Source: Candidatus Puniceispirillaceae bacterium (GTDB lineage Bacteria; Pseudomonadota; Alphaproteobacteria; Puniceispirillales; Puniceispirillaceae). From it: a DNA stretch of 24,000 bases. Position numbers and translations under genes: made by a program. The stretch lies in assembly GCA_049889355.1 (NCBI GenBank), contig JBMHDN010000032.1, positions 109,282 to 133,281 of the forward strand, in the 5' to 3' direction. Position 1 is the stretch's first letter; every line of letters begins with the position of its first letter. The notes under the pieces were generated by a model. The model was given only the letters and a program-made list of their open reading frames with translations, was not told the DNA's origin and ran no database searches. Below are positions 18,408 to 24,000 of this stretch, piece after piece.

Positions 18408-19343
18408 TCAAGTAAAATTGATAATTTTTGAAAAGAAATTATCGAATTCATCGTTTGATAATTTCTGATTCACCTGAATATCGCTAATAAAATTATTACG
18501 AAGCCAGGTTAATTGACGTTTTGCATAATGGCGAGAGTCGCGCTGAGCCAGATATACCGCGCGTTCCAGCGTGATCTCCCCTGCCAAATGAGCTTCGATT
18601 GCCCGCACACCTAATGCCTTCATCGCTGGCAGAGAGGGGTCAAGCTGGCGAGCCAACAGCGCTTTGACTTCGTCAACTGCGCCCTGTTTCATCATCTCAT
18701 CAAAGCGCCGGTCAATCGCCTGATAGACCGCATCACGCGGCGGGGTCACCGCAATCCGCAGGGGTTTGCCTGACAGCTGCCCCTCACCTGGCTGTTTTTG
18801 CCAGACAGAAAGGGGGGTAGCTGTGGCCCGCACAACAGCCATCGCTCGCACAAGGCGCTGACTGTCTCCTGCCTCTAATTTATCACCTAATTCAGGGTCA
18901 AGCTGGCGCAGTCTTTCTTTAAAGGCTGGCCCGCCCATTTCGGCAAGCTCAGCTTCTATCTCGGCAACCAGTTGGGCAGGCACATCCGGAATAGGCGATA
19001 TCCCCTTCATCGCCGCATTCAGATACAGCCCGGTACCGCCAACCAAAATGGGCAATTTCTTTTCGATACGTGCCTGTGCCACCTCGCTTGCAGCCAGCGT
19101 CAGCCAATGCGCCACTGAACAGCGTGCGCTTGCATCCATCACGCCATAAAGCCGATGGGGGACGCTGTCTAAATCTGGCTGAGGCGGGCGCGCAGTCAGC
19201 ACATTCAGATCGGCATAAATCTGCATAGAATCCGCATTGATAATGACTGCATCCAAACGTTTGGCCAGCGCGATAGCCAGACTGGATTTCCCACTTGCCG
19301 TAGGGCCGGCGATGACCAGATAATGCGTGTCAAATTGAACCAT
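18408..19343 (-). CDS. miaA: tRNA (adenosine(37)-N6)-dimethylallyltransferase
   Basis: The 311-aa protein has the P-loop AGPTASGKS and the IPP-transferase stretches INADSMQIY, LTARP and GGTGLY. Confidence 0.95.
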   Translation of the reverse strand: MVQFDTHYLVIAGPTASGKSSLAIALAKRLDAVIINADSMQIYADLNVLTARPPQPDLDSVPHRLYGVMDASARCSVAHWLTLAASEVAQARIEKKLPILVGGTGLYLNAAMKGISPIPDVPAQLVAEIEAELAEMGGPAFKERLRQLDPELGDKLEAGDSQRLVRAMAVVRATATPLSVWQKQPGEGQLSGKPLRIAVTPPRDAVYQAIDRRFDEMMKQGAVDEVKALLARQLDPSLPAMKALGVRAIEAHLAGEITLERAVYLAQRDSRHYAKRQLTWLRNNFISDIQVNQKLSNDEFDNFFSKIINFT

Positions 19344-19412
19344 ATTGGTTATCTGTCCTCAGTGGGATAGGGTATGATGCAGAAAAAATAGACTGCCATA
19401 TGATAGTATCGC

Positions 19413-19472
19413 CCAGATCATGTTCCAGATCATGTTCCAGATGATGTTCCAAGCGATATTCCAAGTGATGTT
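19413..19472. repeat. five tandem 12-bp direct repeats in the divergent miaA-serB intergenic region
   Basis: The copies are CCAGATCATGTT (19413), CCAGATCATGTT (19425), CCAGATGATGTT (19437), CCAAGCGATATT (19449) and CCAAGTGATGTT (19461), all head-to-tail with no spacers. Confidence 0.9.
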
Positions 19473-19491
19473 ATAGACCAAGCAGAAAAGG

Positions 19492-20391
19492 ATGCAAGAA
19501 GTGGGCTCATACCAAAGGTTTCTTATCAGCACGAGTTCTGTGCAACCGGCTGGCCAAGAGATGGTTGCCACATTTGCCGACAGCCAGAATCTGACGATTG
19601 AAAACTGGCTCAGCCAGCCAGACAGTCCTCGCACAGCCTGTTATGCAATGGCTGGCACGCCCATAGATATGGCATCTTGCATCAGACTTCGCGCGGATGC
19701 AGATATGGCAAAATTAGATATCAACTGGCAATTCAGGCAGCATCCTGTGCGGTTGTTGTTGGCAGATATGGATTCCACCATCATCACCTCTGAGTCCCTT
19801 GATGATCTGGCAGAAATGGCCGGTATCGGTGAAGCGGTGCAGGATATCACCCGCCGCGCTATGGCTGGCGCGCTTGATTTTGAAGAAGCGCTGAATGAAC
19901 GTGTATCGATGCTAGCAGGGCAACCGGACAGCCTGCTCAAAAGGCTGATCGAGGAGACCCAATTCATGCCCGGGGCTGAGACCTTGCTGCGCACCCTCAA
20001 AGCCCAGGATGTGGCGTGTTATCTGGTATCAGGCGGTTTTACTTTCCTGACCTCTGTTGTGGCTCAAAAACTCGGCTTTGACGGGCATTATGCCAATCAG
20101 ATGGCTATTGAAGATGGGCAATTGGCAGGGACTGTCATCGGGCCTATTTTAGGCCGTGAAGCCAAGCTGGAGCGCCTGTTAGAGCGTGCACATACCCATG
20201 GAATAGACCTGAGCGAAAGCTGTTGTATCGGTGATGGGGCGAATGATCTCGCCATGCTAAGAGCAGCAGGCCTTGGTGTCGCTTATCAAGGCAAACCCCT
20301 GCTCCGCCAAGAGATAAATACCCAGCTCAACCATACTGATTTAACTGGGCTGTTATTTCTGCAAGGTATTGCTGAGCGCGATTTTCAATAA
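19492..20391 (+). CDS. serB: phosphoserine phosphatase SerB (HAD family)
   Basis: The HAD motifs LLADMDSTII (DxDST), VSGGF and GDGANDL are present, along with an N-terminal ACT-like region. The start is uncertain: either the ATG at 19492 (299 aa) or the ATG at 19561 (MVATFADS, 276 aa), which resembles the usual ..VATLIA.. N-terminus. Confidence 0.9.
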   Translation: MQEVGSYQRFLISTSSVQPAGQEMVATFADSQNLTIENWLSQPDSPRTACYAMAGTPIDMASCIRLRADADMAKLDINWQFRQHPVRLLLADMDSTIITSESLDDLAEMAGIGEAVQDITRRAMAGALDFEEALNERVSMLAGQPDSLLKRLIEETQFMPGAETLLRTLKAQDVACYLVSGGFTFLTSVVAQKLGFDGHYANQMAIEDGQLAGTVIGPILGREAKLERLLERAHTHGIDLSESCCIGDGANDLAMLRAAGLGVAYQGKPLLRQEINTQLNHTDLTGLLFLQGIAERDFQ

Positions 20392-20420
20392 ATATGTAAC
20401 AACCGCATAAGAGACCAAGG

Positions 20421-20466
20421 AAAAACCCCTGCACCACGATAAATGTGGAACAGGGGTTCTTTTTTT
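20421..20466. terminator. bidirectional rho-independent terminator between convergent serB and degP
   Basis: AAA-AACCCCTG-(19-nt loop containing CCAC/GTGG)-CAGGGGTT-CTTTTTTT: an 8-bp stem with a T-run on the + strand and an A-run on the other side. Confidence 0.85.
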
Positions 20467-20488
20467 GAAGTTTTATCAGAGCGGGGCG

Positions 20489-22000
20489 TTATTCTTTGCC
20501 AGCAAACGGAAGCTGAACAAAGCGTGTGCGCCCTTGCTGTTCAACCAGCAACAACACGCCAGACTTACCTGCCTCTTCTGCTGCTGTGATACCCGCGCTT
20601 AAATCATCGAGCGAGCGCACAGCACGCTGGCCGACACGCCGGATTAAGCCACCTGCCTCAAGGCCTTGACTTGCCGCAGGCGAACCATCAATCACCTCAG
20701 TGATAACAATACCGCTGGTACCTTCTGGCAGGTCAAAGCTCTCAACCAGCTCAGCGGTCAGCTCTTGGGCTGAAAAACCGAGCGCACCAAAGCTAGTTAC
20801 ATCGCTTTCTTCAGCTTTTGAGCCACCATCACCATTGATGAGACCGCCTTGCTCTGCTTGTTCGAGCTCACCTAACACAACTTGTATCTCTATGGTCTTG
20901 CCATTCCTAAACAGCTCAACAGCCACTGATTTTTCAACTGGTGTTTCAGCGACAATCCGTGGCAGATCGCGCATACGCTCAATAGTCTTGCCATCAAAGC
21001 TGAGCACCACATCACCTGGCTCGATGCCCGCTTCGTCAGCAGGCCCATTTTCAGATACCGCTGAAATGAGCGCACCTGCCGCTTCATCCAGACCGAGGCT
21101 TTCGGCGATATCAGGTGTGATTTCCTGAATAAAGACACCCAGCCAGCCGCGCTTGGTCCGGCCAAAATCGCGTAATTGCTGAACCACATTCACTGCGAGG
21201 TTCGAGGAAATGGCAAAACCAATACCCACAGAACCACCAGTCTGGCTGAAAATAGCGGTGTTGATACCGATAACCTCGCCATCCATATTAAACAGAGGCC
21301 CGCCAGAATTACCGCGGTTGATAGAGGCATCAGTTTGGATGAAATCATCATAAGGCCCAGAGCCAATATCACGGCCCCGCGCTGAGACAATACCAGCTGT
21401 TACCGTACCGCCAAGACCAAATGGATTCCCAATGGCCATCACCCAATCACCAACGCGAAGGGCGTTTGAATCGCCAAATGATACAGCTGAGAGCACAGTG
21501 TCTTCCGGATCAATTTTCAACAATGCGATGTCTGTTTTTGGGTCACGACCAACCAGCTTGGCTGGGAAACTGTCATTATTAGCCAGCGATACAGTGATTT
21601 CGTCTGCACCTTCAATCACGTGATTATTGGTCACCACATAACCTGTTTTATCAATGATAAATCCAGAGCCAAGTGACTGGGCACGCCTTGTCTGACCCCG
21701 ATCCTGAAACTCTTTGAAGAATTCTTCAAAAGGAGAGCCTGGCGGGAATTGCGGCATTTCCATAGATGGGCCAGTGCGCTCGATTGTTGTGGTTGAAATG
21801 TTTACCACTGCCGGCGATTTAGCCTCTGCCAAATCAGCAAAGCTTACCGGCCTGTCTGCTGCATGAGCCAGTTGGCTCAAACAGAAGAAAAGAAAAACAG
21901 TAACAGCACTGAGCAAACCAAATGAACGCCTATCGGTTTGAGTCTGCATTTTTGCTGAAATAGATTTAGGGGAAATATGATGCTTGATAGGTATCTGCAC
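20489..22000 (-). CDS. degP: periplasmic serine endoprotease DegP/HtrA family (trypsin domain + 2 PDZ)
   Basis: A signal peptide (LLSAVTVFLFFCLSQLAHA) is followed by the catalytic triad contexts TNNHV, DIALLK and GNSGGPL and then two PDZ-like regions. The GTG at 22000 has AAGGA about 9 nt upstream; the alternative ATG at 21949 lacks an SD. Confidence 0.93.
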   Translation of the reverse strand: MQIPIKHHISPKSISAKMQTQTDRRSFGLLSAVTVFLFFCLSQLAHAADRPVSFADLAEAKSPAVVNISTTTIERTGPSMEMPQFPPGSPFEEFFKEFQDRGQTRRAQSLGSGFIIDKTGYVVTNNHVIEGADEITVSLANNDSFPAKLVGRDPKTDIALLKIDPEDTVLSAVSFGDSNALRVGDWVMAIGNPFGLGGTVTAGIVSARGRDIGSGPYDDFIQTDASINRGNSGGPLFNMDGEVIGINTAIFSQTGGSVGIGFAISSNLAVNVVQQLRDFGRTKRGWLGVFIQEITPDIAESLGLDEAAGALISAVSENGPADEAGIEPGDVVLSFDGKTIERMRDLPRIVAETPVEKSVAVELFRNGKTIEIQVVLGELEQAEQGGLINGDGGSKAEESDVTSFGALGFSAQELTAELVESFDLPEGTSGIVITEVIDGSPAASQGLEAGGLIRRVGQRAVRSLDDLSAGITAAEEAGKSGVLLLVEQQGRTRFVQLPFAGKE

Positions 22001-22135
22001 GTTTTCATCCTTTTTTCAAATGCCAGCCAAGATATCAAAAAAGGCTGGCTATCTTATCTCTGCCGTTCTGTCTTAAACACCGACAAGAAATTTACACCTT
22101 ATCTATATGGTGCCTTTTCAAGGCGCGAATAGGGT

Positions 22136-22193
22136 AAAAATCAGGCCAGATTGTGACCGCTGTAAAAAGCCGTCACCGCTCTGGCCTGTTTTT
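22136..22193. terminator. rho-independent (bidirectional-looking) terminator after hflC
   Basis: AAAAA-t-CAGGCCAGA-(29 nt containing the inner GTGAC/GTCAC pair)-TCTGGCCTG-TTTTT. On the minus strand the 9-bp stem is followed by ATTTTTAC, about 25 nt after the hflC stop. Confidence 0.75.
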
Positions 22194-22215
22194 GATTATC
22201 TATGTCTCACAGCGC

Positions 22216-23091
22216 TTACTTTTGGCCTGAGCTATCCTTAAAGAACCGGAAGAACTCAGAATTTGGTGAAATCACCATGGAGGTGCCCGACCCCTGCCCC
22301 ATTGAGGCACGATAGGCTTCCATTGACCGGTAGAAGCTGAAGAACTCAGGATCCTGACCGAACGCATCCGCATAGATGGTAATCGCCTCTGAATCCCCGG
22401 CACCGCGCAGTTCCTGAGACTGACGGCGTGCTTCTGCCAATATCACTGTACGGGTTTTTTCAGCATCTGCCCGGATTTTCTGAGCTTCTTCTTCACCAGT
22501 CGCCCGGAATTCACGTGCTTCTCTTTCGCGCTCAGATTTCATCCGGTTAAAGATGTTCTGAGAGGTGGCGGTCGGATAATCAGCACGCCGCAGACGCACA
22601 TCGATAATCTCAATGCCAAGCGCGGAAACTGAGCTGTTCACCTCATCCCGGATAGAGCTGTTGATATCTTCACGCTCGCCGGTGAGGATCGAGGCAAGTG
22701 TCTCTTTACCCAGAACACGGCGCACAGATGAATCAATGATGGATTCAAGACGTGCACGCGCGCCCAATTCGTTGCGCACTGTCTGGAAGAACAGCAATGG
22801 ATCTTCAATGCGATAACGAGCAAAGGCATCTACCTGAAGACGTTTCTGGTCCGCCAGAATAACCTCAACTGCCCCTTGTGGAATCAGCGAGAGCACTCTG
22901 CGCTCATAATATTCAACATCCTGAATAAACGGGACTTTGAACGCCAAACCTGGCTCTTGGATGGTGCGCTTTGGCTCACCAAACTGGAGCACCAATGCCT
23001 GTTGTGTCTGATTAACAGTGAACAGCGCGGAAAAGGCACCCAGCCCGAACAGCACAGCAAGGCCAATAATGATGTTACGTGTCGCTTTCAT
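22216..23091 (-). CDS. hflC: FtsH protease modulator HflC (SPFH/band-7)
   Basis: The 291-aa protein has an N-terminal anchor and an SPFH domain (VLQFGEP..., GIEIIDVRLRRADYP). Its ATG overlaps the hflK stop (TAATG). Confidence 0.95.
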   Translation of the reverse strand: MKATRNIIIGLAVLFGLGAFSALFTVNQTQQALVLQFGEPKRTIQEPGLAFKVPFIQDVEYYERRVLSLIPQGAVEVILADQKRLQVDAFARYRIEDPLLFFQTVRNELGARARLESIIDSSVRRVLGKETLASILTGEREDINSSIRDEVNSSVSALGIEIIDVRLRRADYPTATSQNIFNRMKSEREREAREFRATGEEEAQKIRADAEKTRTVILAEARRQSQELRGAGDSEAITIYADAFGQDPEFFSFYRSMEAYRASMGQGSGTSMVISPNSEFFRFFKDSSGQK

Positions 23092-24000
23092 TATTTTGTC
23101 TCCCCGCTTTGGCTGGTTCTGTTCAGCTCTTTAAGAGGCAGGTAAGGCACAACGCCGCTGCCGCCTTCACCATCGACGATGATTTTCTCAACATTCTGGA
23201 ACACTGATTCCAATGTTTCGATATAAATCCGCTCTTTGGTGACGTCCTTATTCATTTTATAGGCCTGATAGACTTGGTTAAAGCGTGAGGCATCACCAGT
23301 TGCGCGGTTGACGACCTCAGCTTCATAGGCCTCGGCCTCAGCCACCAGCTTGGCGGCCTCACCACGTGCACGCGGGACAATATCATTACGGAAGGCCTCT
23401 GCCTCGTTTTTCAGACGATCACGGTCCTGGCGGGCACGCTGAACATCATTGAAAGCATCAATAACATCTGCTGGCGGGTCAACAGCCAACAGCTGAACAT
23501 CACGCACCGTGATACCTGCGCCATATTCATTCAGCAAATCCTGCAATTTATTGCGCACTTGTATCTGAACTGCCTGACGGCCTTCGGTTAGCACCGTCTG
23601 AATACGAGTCTGGCCGATAATCTCACGCATAATGGCCTCAGCAGCGACCTTAATGGTTTCATCTGGATCTGCCAGATTAAACAAATAAGAGCCGGCATCG
23701 CCGATACGCCAGAACACCACAAAGTCGATATCTACGATATTTTCATCACCAGTGATCATCTGGCTTTCATCTGCAATATCGCGGCGTGTTGAGGAACGCC
23801 CTGATACATCGCGGAAACCAATTTCAAGACGGTTATCGCTGGTGACCTCCGGGGTTAGCACCTGCTCAATTGGATATGGGATATGATAATGCAGGCCAGG
23901 TGCGGTTGTGCGCACCCATTCCCCAAAACGCAAGACCACACCTTGTTGCTGCGGATTCACGCGATAAAAGCCAGTGGCGAGCCATAAACCGATAAGCACA
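23091..24000 (-). CDS. hflK: FtsH protease modulator HflK (SPFH/band-7), 5' end outside the window
   Basis: The SPFH domain is present (GFYRVNPQQQGVVLRFGEW..., GITVRDVQLLAVDPP) and the C-terminal coiled-coil is rich in A/E/R. The frame is open to the window edge, so the N-terminus is missing. Confidence 0.93.
   Translation of the reverse strand, partial: VLIGLWLATGFYRVNPQQQGVVLRFGEWVRTTAPGLHYHIPYPIEQVLTPEVTSDNRLEIGFRDVSGRSSTRRDIADESQMITGDENIVDIDFVVFWRIGDAGSYLFNLADPDETIKVAAEAIMREIIGQTRIQTVLTEGRQAVQIQVRNKLQDLLNEYGAGITVRDVQLLAVDPPADVIDAFNDVQRARQDRDRLKNEAEAFRNDIVPRARGEAAKLVAEAEAYEAEVVNRATGDASRFNQVYQAYKMNKDVTKERIYIETLESVFQNVEKIIVDGEGGSGVVPYLPLKELNRTSQSGETK

Noticed and set aside
19359-19634. A 91-aa minus-strand ORF with the striking periodic peptide WNIAWNIIWNMIWNMIW.
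   Set aside because: The periodicity is simply the translation of the 12-bp tandem DNA repeat. The ORF spans the divergent miaA/serB promoter region, overlaps the serB 5' end antisense and has no RBS. I treat it as a DNA-level repeat, not a gene.
22022-22049. A hairpin GCCAGCC-(14 nt)-GGCTGGC about 21 nt upstream of the degP start, considered as an RNA thermometer for this heat-shock protease.
   Set aside because: The AAGGA SD and the GTG start lie outside the stem, so the ribosome-binding site is not sequestered. The loop is large and the stem is short. I could not find a convincing sigma32/sigmaE-type promoter by eye either. It may be a stabilising 5' hairpin, but nothing further can be supported.

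Overview
This looks like core chromosome from a roughly 50% GC alphaproteobacterium. That inference rests on gene order (hflK-hflC-degP / serB / miaA / ilvIH-ilvC / mreBCD-mrdA-rodA) and on an SbmA/BacA homologue; I cannot name a species. About 20 housekeeping genes fill the window: a DedA-family membrane protein, a cupin, glmS, glmU, hldE, sbmA/bacA, rodA, mrdA (PBP2), mreD, mreC, mreB, ilvC, ilvN(H), ilvI(B), miaA, serB, degP/htrA, hflC and a 5'-truncated hflK. Five convincing rho-independent terminators separate the transcription units. The only clearly accessory DNA is a low-GC islet of about 1.2 kb (c. 1130-2380). In the 60-nt lines I counted by eye it is about 28-38% GC, against about 53-63% in the flanking genes. 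It starts about 25 bp downstream of the glmS stop codon, which is the classic attTn7-type integration hot spot. It carries a start-less remnant of a serine-recombinase 'Recombinase'/HTH domain and an intact 231-aa orphan gene. That gene's motif order (GSNPGG ... SSNISFVRT ... FVICNGKRANDFF ... VPHLSRFS) resembles the MUG/SMUG branch of the uracil-DNA-glycosylase superfamily. This orphan glycosylase-like gene is the best candidate here for something undescribed, for example a single-gene DNA-glycosylase defence or DNA-modification-sensing function, but that is inference from motifs only. Secondary oddities are: two unrelated 12-bp tandem-repeat arrays in the intergenic regions either side of miaA; an Arg/Gly-rich N-terminal extension on MreD that appears translationally coupled to mreC; sbmA/bacA placed as the last gene of the elongasome operon; a perfect 14-bp palindrome over the putative mreB -35 box; and small structured elements in the glmS/glmU, ilvI/ilvN and degP leaders. 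I saw no tRNA, rRNA, CRISPR array or intact transposon.
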